A DNA stretch of 64,000 bases, from positions 18,166,001 through 18,230,000 of the forward strand of contig OZ116702.1 in NCBI GenBank assembly GCA_964199315.1, written 5' to 3'. Positions within the stretch are counted from its first letter, which is position 1. Every line of letters starts with the position of its first letter. This DNA comes from Orbicella franksi. Taxonomy: Eukaryota. The translations under genes and the position numbers were made by a program. A model generated the notes under the pieces. It did no database searches. It was not told the origin of the DNA and worked only from the letters and a program-made list of their open reading frames with translations. Positions 22,190-34,560 of this stretch are shown piece by piece.

Positions 22190-22525
22190 AGACAAAATTT
22201 AGAATAAGATCCTGTTCCTACTATCTGAACAAAGAGGATGTGTTGCAGAAATGTGGAGAAAGGGCAGCAAGAGCAAGTGCAGATTAATTGCAAATTAAGA
22301 CTGCCAAAAATTTCATATTTTTAGTAGGAAAATTATCTGTATAAGCATACAAGATGTCGGTAATAGAAATATAACAATTCTAGTCCTATGTACATTAATT
22401 TTATACAAAATGTTAGGTAAAACGTGCATGATTCATGAGAAAGAACAAGAACAAGAACTTCATGGGGAGGTCTCATGAGTGAAAAACCTTACCACTGTCA
22501 ACTAGCGGGAATTAGAAAATCGGGC
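22190..22525. repeat. Dispersed repeat, second copy at about 52200-52525
   Basis: Shared TTGCAGAAATGT(G/A)GAGAAAGGGCAGCAAGAGCAAGTGCAGA, CTAGTCCTA, ACTAGC.GGAATTAGAAAAT. Confidence 0.75.
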
Positions 22526-22734
22526 TTTGTGCTATTTATCAGGAATTGATTAGTATGGGAATGCATATAATCCTACTAAGTTTGGTGCTTGTAGCAAAAT
22601 TTGCGAAATTCAAAAGTTATGCCGCCAGATTATTTTGAGAAACTCTTAAAATGCTTTTGATGGTCATTTATTATCTGTTTACCATCTTTTTTCAAAGCCA
22701 CTTAACAGATATCCATTAGTGTACGCTCTCTTAA

Positions 22735-23508
22735 AGTGGATATGAAGTAAAATATAATTGCTGCTTATTTGAAAGGCTTTTCAAAGTAAAGAAGAATGGC
22801 ATTTTCCTTTTTGGAATATCTTTTTTCGTTTTAGAGATATTTACATTCTTGTATTGTGGAAATGGGGAAAGCAATGATGTCATAAATAGTTCCACTTAAA
22901 CAGTAAAACACTGAATCAAGAATATCTTTAGAAATATTGGGGAAGAGTTCTTCAAACTTGGCACCAGAAATGTACATCACAAAAGAAAACAGAATGACAC
23001 CTGTGTTGTTGCCATGGCAACACTCTTGGCTTCAGTCTCTTTTGTGAAAAACCAAATATGCCAATTTGCAACCCTTTAAAAAGGGACAGAGGGTCTCGCT
23101 CTCAACACACATGGTTCCCATATTGTCTTAACTCTCCCCATTGGATTGTTGGGAGTGGATGATCCTTGTTTAAGATCAAATCTGGGAATTTTAGTCTTAA
23201 TTAAAACAGGATCAGCGGCATAACTGTTGTCATGGCGATGGCACTCCAGGTGTCATTTTGTTTCTTTTGTGACATACATTTCTGATGCCAAGTTTAAAGA
23301 ACACTGCTCTAATATGTAGTGGAGTGATGGAGTGTTGAACTGTTTTAGTGGAACCACCTATGACATCATCACTTTCCTCATTTGCATAATACAAAAATGT
23401 AAATATCTCTAAAACGAAAAAGGATATTCCAAAAAGAAAAATGCCATTCTTCTTTACTTTGAAAAGCCTTTCAAATGAGCAGCAATTATTTTTTACTTCA
23501 TAGGCACT
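22735..23508. mobile_element. Kolobok-type MITE (AG...CT ends, TTAA TSD)
   Basis: TTAA at 22731-22734 and 23509-23512; about 140-bp imperfect TIRs (AGTGGATATGAAGTAAAA.../...TTTTACTTCATAGGCACT). Confidence 0.85.
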
Positions 23509-24172
23509 TTAAATAGGTCACATATATGTGTCTTCTAGAAATCTCCAAATGAAATGCTGTTATAATCTACTGAGTACATACACAGTTGTTTAATTCAGGC
23601 ACTGTGTTTTTAGTGCACTAGTCCATCTCACTGAATGATACTTTGGTGTGCTGAAAAGTGCACCAATCAACCGTTGTACCAGTGCAAGCGATGTGTTGAC
23701 AGTCTTGGGAGGCTGTACCATACACATGGTCTCTCAAGGACCTGGTGTATGCTTCTAACTATTTAACAGATATCTGTTAGTGTACTTTTTCCCATGTGAG
23801 GTCACACATAAGAATTAGAATGTTCCAGAATCTTCTTATAAGTCACGGCTGAATGACTGCTTGTTAAAGACTGTTCTATAGAAAGTTCTGAAAATTTCAC
23901 TTAGACAATTTTTCGTAACAGCCATAGTCATTGAACACTAATTCATAATTGGCAATAGTCAATAACTAATCAGTTTATTATTCAATGATTATCCATTGAT
24001 GATGTGCTAATAATATTGATGTCAATGATCATCGATTAATTACATCAAGATGTGTGCATCAGTTAATCTTCATGATTACGAACCATTTCTTCCACTTCCT
24101 GGGGGAAAGAGACTTACCATTTACAAGTACATCTAGATAAACAATTATATGGCAAGTCTAGTATTTTCTTAC

Positions 24173-24255
24173 TTTTGATCCATGGTACTCTGTTTTGGAG
24201 AACATTTTGAAAAGGTGTTGGCAACTTTCCTTCTTCTTTCAAGCCTCTTTTCCTC
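24173..24255 (-). CDS. CEP70: CEP70-like coding exon 6: EEKRLERRRKVANTFSKCSPKQSTMDQ(K)
   Basis: TTTTTCAG acceptor, GTAAGA donor, 83 nt, phase 0 to 2, in frame with both neighbours. Confidence 0.8.
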
Positions 24256-25347
24256 CTGAAAAATAATTTGCCACTGACATAAAGACTAGTGAGACAATCT
24301 GAACAAGTGCAGAGTGCAATTTACAGCTCTGAAATACAGTAGTCAAGCACGTCCTCACCCCAGCCAGTCATGATTACTCCCAGTTTCTATTGACTTTGGT
24401 AGTCAGCAAGGGCTTTTCCCCTTACAGAATATGAACGGGCAGATGCCATAATGAGACAATATCAGCAGTGTTGTGTCATGTGTGTATCTTCGTTCAAGGT
24501 CCAAAAATAACTTACAATTACCGTTTGTCAAGAAAGCTTTGAATTTTGCTGTGGTGTTTTAGGTTAATTTTTGTCATCTTAAATTCAATAATACATTGAA
24601 GTTGCAAAAACAACATTCTTCTTTTCACGCCAACACTTTTAACTTAATTTCCCCACAAAGATACATAACAAACACCCAATATACTCAGCGACTATCTTGA
24701 GGGTTTGAGGACCAAATGTGATGTCACATGACAGATCTTTGAGAGCATTTCTGAGCTGCATGTGCTCATATTACAGTCTTGTGCAAAAGTAATGCAAGTG
24801 AATTTCAACGAAATTCCTGGCTTTTCTTGCTTTTCGAAGAAATTCCACTTGAAACAATATTTCAAGGAAATTTCCCCATATTTTCATGATGCCTGTTGTC
24901 CCAGTCCACGCAAATTTTTGAACGATAATTTGCAGTGTGTGATAATTTGCTGGGAATTTTTGAGTGATAATTCGTTCCTCCCGTAAGTTCTCCACAATTT
25001 TTTGAACGATAATTCGCTGTTCCCAAAAATTTGCTGCAATTTTTCTGACGATCTTCCATCAATAGGCTAAAAGCTATGAGCGAAATAAATGACTTCTCTG
25101 AAGATTGAGTGTGAAAGAAGCTGTTAATCTGCCAAAATAACATCACAACTCCACGAACTGTTAGCTATGAAATTCACCTGGTTATTTCACTAAGAGAACC
25201 CGCTTATTGACTGATCTAAAGCCCCAAAACACCACAGTTCCAATAAGTAAATGTACTTGATGTAGAATCTCTGCATGGTCTTGCATTGTTTGCTGCCATA
25301 GTGACTGTTCGTTACCAGGAATCAGTAGCTGCGAATGAAGAATTTAA

Positions 25348-25900
25348 AGTGCCCATGTCACCAAATTTTTTACTTTTTCATTCAAAAGTCCACATTAAAA
25401 AAGGCACTTCTGCCAAAAACTTTTTTGATTTGAACAAAATGCGAATTTTTTTTCATTTTTTTTAATCCTACTTTTGTTTGGTACATCCCTTCTGCTGATT
25501 GACAAAGTACGGGTTCATCAATGACATCATGTGACATAGTTTCAGGAATGCTTGTTGCCATGGCTCCCTTGTTTACTATAAATGAAAGAGGTCATCAAGG
25601 TTGTTTTCACCGAATACAAACTGACTCAGTAATGTCCTCTATAGAGAGTGCTTCTAAAAAGAAAGCAACCGATATAGCAGTGGAAACGAAGGAATATCAA
25701 ATCGAAGTTGAAGCAAGTGATTGGGTTTTGGGACTCAACAAGTCGCCAACAAGAGATAATTCGCTAGAACCTTACGCAGATGAACCCTTAGTGGATGAAG
25801 AGTGGCTCGTAAACTATAAGAAAGAGAAGGAGGAAAAAGATCAGCTAGAAAATGAGTTGAAACAACGCTTGGAAAATGTTGTATGAAAATGCTATGAATT
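25348..25900 (+). mobile_element. Left end of a Kolobok-like element with a decayed accessory (KolX-like) ORF
   Basis: TTAA|AGTGCCCATG terminus resembles the 22735 MITE end; ORF 25521..25886 has PYADEPLVDEEWL..Y..E.EE...LE.EL..RL. No right end found. Confidence 0.45.
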
Positions 25901-26798
25901 ACTGGTTCTGTGGTGGATAAAACGTGCTCGAGAAGACCAGAAAAGCTGTCTACAGATGAAAAAGCATTTATAGATCAGCAGATGCACAAGAACAGCAAGA
26001 TGAAAAGCCACTAGATCTAGAAGAAGCTTGCAAAGCATGGGATTCCTGTGTGTTCGTCCACCATGCGAAGTTCTTGCCACTGGCAAGGCTTATCAGGTTA
26101 AAAACTCGTAATAACTGTTAAAAACGAATAGTGGTTGTACAATCATGTACTATTGTAATGGAGGTCTTCCAGAATTGTTCAACCCTACAAGTTTAAGGGT
26201 TCCAAAGAATACTACAAAGGCAACGAAAATGGAGCAAAATACACCCAGTCCTTTTATAACAAAATAATAACCACGAGGGGGCTGGCATGGAATAAATAAC
26301 AGCTGAATGGTCTTGTGAGTGTTCAGCATTGACAACATTCTGGTTTTCTATATAAGTAAAGAACCTAGTAACTTTTACATTCAAAGGAGGTTTTGATAAC
26401 CCTTGTTTATGAAGTTTAGGCTGTATTGGGGTACGATATGTATTGCTGCCACTTTGCAAAACACAGAGATCATTGATTGTAGCGTGTGGCGTTTCCAGCT
26501 AGAGAAAGATGTGTTTTGATTGAAAATTCCTCACAACTTGTTGCTGGCTGTTTGCTTTAGTGGCTTAAATAATACCCAGAACTTGAGTTTTTGTTTTGTT
26601 TATGGAATGAACTGATCTTGCCGTCTTCATAATAGGATAAGTACATTCTAATTCTCTGTGTAAAGAGAGTGAACTCAAGAGAACGAACCTACTTGAAAAC
26701 ATTTTGCAAATTTTATACATGTGAGATTCAAGTAACATATGTCATGGATAACACTGTATGTTACTCTCTTATACAGCGATCGATGACTGCATACCGTG

Positions 26799-29700
26799 TG
26801 TAACGAGTATGCGTACACAAAGTACAAGTCCAGTTCCCGCCTCGGGGATCACGTGACAGCGGGGCTCATGTGGTCGGCCATGTTGTAGTTTTCGTCATTG
26901 CTATTTAGTGCATTAAATAAGTTGTTTTGCGGACACTGTTGTTTATTTACTTGTCGTTACATGGTGTCAGAAGTTTCCCGAATCCACACTACAAGAAAAC
27001 CAAATGATTTGTGGCAGAAGTCGCCGAATTTATGAGCGAACGCAGTGGTGAAGATAGCGAACAGCTTCCTTCAACAAGTCCAATTTCAAGTTTGACAACA
27101 ATGGCGAATTTCCAAATACCTCCTCCTGACATACTCGAGTTAAACGATGGTTCGACAGCATCCAATTGGCGAACTTGGGTCTCGGCTTGGAATAATTACA
27201 GGTTGGCTACGAAGCTAGATAACGAGGAAGAAGCGCGCCAAGTAGCGACCCTTTTGGCAGTAATTGGAAAAGAAGCGAACAAAGTGTTTCATACTTTTAC
27301 ATGGGCCTCGCCAGACAAGGCCAAGAAAATCGCTTTGGTTGTAACCAAGTTTGAAGAGTATTGCATTCCCAGGGAAAACACTATTTACGAATGTTTCCTT
27401 TTCTTTACGCAGGATCAGCGGGAATCTGAAACTGTTGACCAATATTTGATGGAGCTTTGCCAAACTGCAGCAAATTGTGATTTCAAGTCAATCACACCCG
27501 ATCAGCTTCTCTGGGATCGACTGGTGACAGGTACCAAAACTGCCAAGGTACGTGAAAATTTGCTCAAAGAGAAGAAATTGACCCTTGAGAAAGCTATAGA
27601 TATCGCTCATGCTGCCGAGAGTACGGCCGTGCAAGTGAAAGTTATGTCTGCTGAGTCCGGATTGAGTGCTGTGAAAGAGAAACAGAAAGAGAAAGAGCAG
27701 TCAGAAAATCTCCCGTCTGTCAGCGGTGGCTGGATCAAGGACTGCAGATTCTGTGGTCGGAACCACGAAAGACGCAGCTGTCCTGCCTTTGGTCAGATAT
27801 GTGCATATTGTAAAAAGAAGAATCATTTTGTTGTCAAGTGCCCAGCAAAAAGCAAGGTGTCTAATATCCAAATGCGATTCTATTTAAGTGCTGCAGGCGT
27901 TGGTAACGGAGGTCGTGAGATGGTGACCCTTACTGTATCAAAGGAGCCTAAGGCCCTTTCAGGTCATGATGTAACTTTCTTGATGGACACTGGGGCTGAA
28001 TGCAATCTTTTGCCCTTGGATGTCTACAAGAGGGCGACAGACGATTTACACTTGAAATTCCTCAATGCATGCGGAAAGTCAGTCCTGGTTTTAGCTAATG
28101 GAGATGAGCAACCCATTGAGGGCAAAGCCACAGTGTATGTCTCCTGCAGAGGAAATGCGCACAAAATAGAAGTCAATGTAGTCAGGGGCCATGGGTATGA
28201 GCCCATACTGTCCAAGCAGACAATGCTGAAAATGAAGTTGATAAAGATCTTGACAGTGACCGAGATCCACGCATCAATGTACTGAAGACAGACACAGAAC
28301 CATTGCTGGAAGAGTATGACGGTGTATTTAAAGGCCTTGGAAAGTTGGACGGACAATACCACATCGTAAGAGACGAGTCCATCAGACCTATAGTACATCC
28401 TCCACGGCGTCTACCTGTTGCAATGACTGGGCGAGTTCAGAGGAAACTCGAAGAAATGGCAGCTGCCAACATAATCAAACAAATCGACCAACCTACTGAC
28501 TGGGTGTCAAGTATGCTAGTAGTGAGCAAGCCATCCACTGAAGCTGAGGGGGAAACCAAATTATGAATCTGTTTAGATCCCAGAGATCTGAATCTTGCCA
28601 TAAAGCATGAACACTTCCCGATGCCCACAATTGAAGAAATTGCAACTAGGCTGAATGGGGCAAAACTCTTCAGTGTTTTTGATGCCAGTAATGGTTTCTG
28701 GCAAGTAGAACTTGATGATGAGTCTAGTACTTTAACAACATTTAACACCCCGTTTGGGCGTTACCGTTGGAAGCGAATGCCATTTGGCACCAATAGTGCA
28801 CCGGAAGTTTGGCAGCGCAAAATGCGAGAGCACATTGAGGGGCTTAAAGGAGTAAAGGTCATTGCAGATGATTTTGTCATCGCTGGATTTGGCAACACAC
28901 CTGCTGAGTGGCAGGCAGATCATGACCGGAATGTGTGTGCCTTCCTGGAGTGCTGCCGTGAGAGAAACCTGAAGTTGAACAAGAAGAAAGCTCGACTGAG
29001 ACAGCAAGAAGTTCCTTTCATCAGACACGTTCTAACCCCCAAGGGACTGAAACCAGATCCACTCAAGGTAGAGGCCATTGTGGGAATGCCAAACCCCAGT
29101 GATGTTCAGTCCTTACATAGGTTTCTTGGCAAAGTTCCTCCCACGTCTATCTGAAGAAACAAAGGTCCCGAGAAGACTCACTGAAAAGGATGCTGAGTGG
29201 TGTTGGATGAAAAGTTATGCAGATGCTGTGGCCCGTGTCAAGGAAATGATTGTATCTGCACCTGTACTTGCCTACTATGACATCAATAAGCCAGTGGTCA
29301 TTCAATGCGACGCTTCCCAAAGCGGACTTGGCGCAGTTCTGTTACAAGAAGAGGGCCCAGTGGCTTACAGCTCTCGTGTGATGACTCAAACTGAACAAAA
29401 CTATGCTCAGATTGAAAAAGAGCTACTCGCCATAGTTTATGCGTGTGAGAAATTTCATCAGTACATCTTTGGAAGGAGCAATGTAATTGTGCAGTCAGAC
29501 CACAAGCCACTGGAAACGATATTCAGGAAGCCCATCCACAGTTCACCAAAACGCCTCCAACGCATGCGCCTCCGCCTGCAGAACTATGACATCCAAGTGG
29601 AATACAAGAAAGGAGAGACCATGTTCTCGGCTGACACATTAAGTCGTGCATACTTGGAAAATGAGTGTCAGACCCAGGACAGTGACATCCGTTCTACCAG

Positions 29701-31444
29701 AGAACAACTGTTTGCTTTTGAGTTAGAACAGATTAAACATGATGAAGATCTAAGTGTCTCCCCTACTCGTCTGGAAAAGCTGCGTGAGGAGACTTGCCAA
29801 GGACGAAGAATTGGAGATTCTATCTGATGTTATCCATGAAGGTTGGCCAGAGACCCTAGCAGAAGCTCACAAATATGACAGGCGTCGGAGGCAAGTAATT
29901 GAGCTGTATTGGAACAGCTGTGATGAGCTGACCACAGAAGATGGAATGGTATACAAGGGTCATCGTCTTGTGATACCATTTAAAGAGCGTCCTGGCGTTG
30001 TAAAGAGCCTGCATGAATCACATGTTGGAATAGAAGAGACATTGCGTCGTGCCCGCGACACTGTTTACTAGCCTGGGATCACAGCCCAGCTCAAAGATCA
30101 CCTGTCAAGGTGTGGAATCTGTAACCGTTATTAGCCCGAACAATGTAAAGAACCATTAAAGCCTCGTGATGTGCCTAATTTGCCTTGAGAGAAAGTTGGA
30201 GTTGATCTATTTGTGCTGGATAGGCAGTCATTTTTGATAGCCATTGATTACTACTCTGGTTATTTTGAAGTGCAAGATATGAGTAGCACCACCAGCACCC
30301 GTGTGATCACTGTTCTAAAGGCGTCGTTTTCCAGGCATCGTATTCCTGTGACCGTCATCAGTGACAATGGGCCTCCCTTCAACAGTGAAGACTTCAAGAC
30401 TTTCAGTAAGGAATGGGACTTTCACCACGTCACATCAAGCCCTTATCACGCACGTAGTAATGGTCGTGTTGAAAATGCAGTTAAGACCTGCAAATCATTG
30501 CTGACCAAAGCCCGAGCTGATAAGTGTGATCCTCTGCTGGCGTTACTTGAGTGGCGCAACACACCAACTGAGGGTATGAATGCTTCTCCTGTTCAGTTAC
30601 TATATAGTAGGCGAACACGCATCCGTCTCCCAGTAGCCAAGAAATTGTTAACTCCAGAGGTGATAACTGATGTCCCCGAAAAGATCAAGATCAGGAAGCA
30701 GAAACAGAAACACTACTATGATCGCCACTCGCATGGACTGCCAAAATTGCACGACGGTGATGCCATTAGAATGCGATTACCATGCGAGAAGGAATGGTCA
30801 CTGGGGTGCGTCATTGGCGAGGAGGGGGCCCGTTCCTACTTGGTTGAGGTGAATGGAAAGCATTATCGTTGAAACCGCAAATGGCTCAGAGCAACACCCA
30901 AGGAGTTACCAGAGTAAGTGGAGACGAACCTCGAGCTGACGGATCCTACTGAACTGGTTGAGTCAAGCCCAGCTGAGCTGCCACAGCCAATGACACCATC
31001 ATCACCAGTAGTTTCTGGGCCACACACTGAAGGTCATCCAGTGCGTGATCGCCACCCGCCACTGTGGCTAAAAGATTACAAGTGCTAAAATAAGACACTG
31101 ACTCTACCTTGTGCTTTTTTACTTTGGCTTTATTATGTACTTGTGCAGAGCATTTCAGTTGGTTACAGTGTTAAATGCACAAGGTTTTCTAAGGCAGATT
31201 TGAACATGATGTTATTGTTTTCTTCTATTAGTATCAACGTTCTGTCTGCATTTACTGAACTATTAGACTTCGGAAGGGAGATGTAACGAGTATGCGTACA
31301 CGAAGTACAAGTCCAGTTCCCGCCTCGGGGATCACGTGACAGCGGGGCTCATGTGGTCGGCCATGTTGTAGTTTTCGTCGTTGCTACTTAGTGCATTAAA
31401 TAAGTTGTTTTGCGGACACTGTTGTTTATCCACTTGTCGTTACA
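26799..31444 (+). mobile_element. Full-length Gypsy/Ty3 LTR retrotransposon (Mag-like), decayed ORFs
   Basis: 163-bp LTRs TG...CA at 26799-26961 and 31282-31444; TSD CCGTG; PBS TGGTGTCAGAAG (tRNA-Leu type) 26962-26973; PPT 31271-31281. Confidence 0.97.
27011..30872 (+). pseudogene. Gypsy gag-pol: two CCHC knuckles, protease, RT, RNase H, integrase
   Basis: CRFCGRNH...CAYCKKKNHF; MDTGAECN; VIADD; QCDASQSGLG, EKELLAI; SDNGPPF, GRVENAVK; broken by stops and frameshifts. Confidence 0.93.
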
Positions 31445-31800
31445 CCGTGTTCTCTGGCAAGATTTTACAAACAAATACATGAATCCCAATTTATCTTGGG
31501 TAACTTACATGACAGTTGTTTCGTACAATGGTCAGTCGCAAAACCAAAATTGCATGAACGCTGTCAAACTGCCATTCATTGCCTTGCAAAATTTCATGTA
31601 TAGGTTGGTGAATAGCCCTCGCAATTTTTCGTTAACTTATCGAAAATTCAAATAAAAATCGTCCTTTGTTCTAGTAAATTATCGCTCCACAAGCCTTGAA
31701 ATTTCAATCGAGCCTTTGAGCGAACTTTCATCAAAAAATCACGGGAACGAAGAATGAAATTTTGCGCACTTCGCTTGCGTTACTTTTGCACAATACTGTA

Positions 31801-32297
31801 TGTAATCTAAAAACAGAAATAAGAGAGTAGAATAAAGTTGCCTGTTGTCTTCTTGTTAGTTTTCATTCTATGTCACATTTGTGCAATGGGATGTACTTTC
31901 TGTTGATCTCCCTTTAAAATATGGTTGTTGAATTGTTGTGACATCGCTTTGATCGTTACTACAATATGCCTTTATGTGGCTATCCCATTTCACCATTGTC
32001 TGGGTGCTGTCATGTGGTTCTTGTTTTTTGTCTCGCATTTCACCGTTGGTTATTAATTTATTAACAGTTTGAAAGAAACAGAACCGCATGACAACAGCCA
32101 GACAATGGTGAAATGTGATAGCCACATAAAGGCAGGCATATTGTAAAAACGATCGAAGTGACATCACCACCACAATATTTTTAAATGCAGATAAACGGAA
32201 ATTACAATGCATCACAAAATCATGGCACAGAATGAAAACTAACAAGAAGACAACAGACAAGTTTATTCTACTCTTTTATTTCTGTTTTTAGATTACA
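31801..32297. mobile_element. MITE with about 70-bp TIRs and TA flanks
   Basis: TGTAATCTAAAAACAGAAATAAGAGAGTAGAATAAA... mirrors ...TTTATTCTACTCTTTTATTTCTGTTTTTAGATTACA. Confidence 0.8.
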
Positions 32298-33079
32298 TAG
32301 TACCATATCCTCACTGCATACCCATTACCTCATTGCATAAGTTATAAGTTATAAGTTATGGGAAGAGTCCGCGACTGATGAGGCAATAGGCATGCAACAA
32401 GGATATGAGCGGATGTGAGCTTGGTCAACTGCCACCAGGGGAGGTGGGTGGGTCGCAAAAGACGACTGTCTTTGTGGAGTACAGGACGAAAAGACCACAC
32501 TTCAAGTGGAGAGACCAAATCTAAACTCCAAATGGCGCAAAGTATTACCGACACTACCAGCACAGGCGAAAATGGGGGAATGTGATGGAATAACAGCATG
32601 TTTTGCAATGAGCTAATTAATTATGCAGTGAGAATAGTACCATATCCTCACTGCATACTCATTACATCATCACATAAGATTAAGTTATAACAAGAGTCTG
32701 CTCCTGCCCTCACCACCACGACAACAGCTCATAAATTGCCGAACAACACAGACACCACACGTTTCCAACATGACTCCCCTTTAATTCTCTCTATTACTCA
32801 GATCCTCTTATAACCATAATCCCAAAATGAACTTTAAAACAAAAAGGGACTGACAAAACATAATGCAAGCGGGAAATAAGACTAATATAATGATTTAAAC
32901 AATGCATCATAGGTTGCTGGGATGAGACGCCCGTGTCTGGCAAAGGGAATGCAAGGTGGGAATAGGAAAAGAATCAGCTGTACTGGACATCCTAGTATAA
33001 TGTCAAGCCATACCCTTACTGCGCCATCCCAAGTAACGGGATATATCATCTTGCAAACAACCTAGCATATTAAGACTAT

Positions 33080-34133
33080 TCAAAAGCCGAGCCAGAAGCT
33101 GTGACGTGTTTCACCACAATCCAACTCCGCCCCTGTGAGGTGTTTACGTAAACGATTATTAACCGCAGAACCCAAGAAAGGTTTTTGGCTAACAACCCTT
33201 CCTCGTTCAGAAGCCCTAAAGAAATAACCCCTGTCCAGCAGGATATTTAACAAATTACAAACAGACAAATAATATTTGATCCAAGCAACTAGCCAAACTC
33301 CAAGGTCTTGAATGGGTTATAAATAAACGGACTGGTTGCACTACCCTGTGTATTCTTAGTCAAGGTCAGTTTTAGCAAAAATCCCTTTCGATCCTTCAAC
33401 CTGAATACTTGATTGGCCAGCAGACGGCCTAAATCTGAAGCACGATCCCTGGTGAAAAAATGAACAATGAAGAAAACTGTATCCCTAATCAAAATATACT
33501 TGTTTACTACAGTTAAGAGTGTACCCTCCCTAACTGAACTCCTAAAAAAATCTATTAACTTGGTAAACTTAGTAAAAAACAACGGGACTGCCTGGGAAGG
33601 TAAAATAGCCCTAGCAGCCTGTTCCCCCTGAATAAACTTAAGATACTCTCTAACACAAGGGTGCACCATGGGGTTAGAATCGCACAAACGGCCAATATTG
33701 TTGAAAAAAATGGCCCTGAGTTTCCCTAGTAACGAGTCTACCCAGCCAGCGGTCAAACACGAGGGGCAATTACAACCAGCACGTGAACACGATTGAGTAT
33801 GAACTACAGTTCTGCCTCACTGGTCTCTGCTTATCAAGAACTTAATGATATCATCTGAGGTACAGAAGAAACACACTTCAGAGGGGATAAGGAAGCTAGG
33901 AAATCTGACAGTTGCCATTCCAGGTGGACTTCTGTCGCTGATAAGGCTTCTTTCTTGACACATCAGCGAATTCCTGGAAACGTCTGGATATCCCCACGTG
34001 ATCTATGTTTATTAGGCTGCCCCATTGGCATAAGACTGGTTCGTGAACCGCACACCTGACAAAAATTGGCATCAAGGTCAGTTGAATACAAACACACAGA
34101 ACGGTGTTGGGTGGCTTTCCAAATTCTTGCAAC
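33080..34133 (-). pseudogene. Zn-finger plus tyrosine recombinase ORF of the DIRS element
   Basis: C..Y.TD.DANFCQVCG; TRDRASDLG (catalytic Arg region); ETRHSFW (HSxR relic). Confidence 0.75.
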
Positions 34134-34309
34134 CTGGGAACGAATAGCATAAACAAAAGCTGTCAAGTCACTGGCAGACACATTGAAAAGCTCAAAGGTC
34201 CCGTTGTAGGCTACGCCGGAGCCACTATGGGGAACGTCGAGAAGGAAAAAGAAGCACCAAACTGGAGCCTCTTCTACCCAAAAAGTACGCAGTCAACAAT
34301 CAGAACTTG

Positions 34310-34560
34310 AAGGGGTGCCCACCATAAAGGTCGCGTGTGAAAGTCGGGAATGACCAAAGTGAATGTGTCGTGGAAATCTTGACTGAATATGTAATGAAGA
34401 AGGGAACCGATGAGGACAAAAGGTGGAAAAACATAAACGTTTTGACGAGCAGGTAAAGGGTTGGCAAAAACGTTTACCCCTGCAGAGCCAGTAGTAGGCC
34501 AAGGGGTGAAGTGAGGTAGCGGGATCCCATTCCTAGCCCTCTCTCTGGCAATTACTATCC
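34310..34560 (-). pseudogene. DNA adenine methyltransferase-like domain of the DIRS pol ORF
   Basis: PHFTPW...GVNVF......VYVFPPFVLIG.LL......TLVIPD...RPLWW. Confidence 0.65.

Noticed and set aside
32375-32400. CTGATGAG as a hammerhead core (also at 58898)
   Set aside because: No stem II followed by GAAA and no cleavage triplet at a suitable distance
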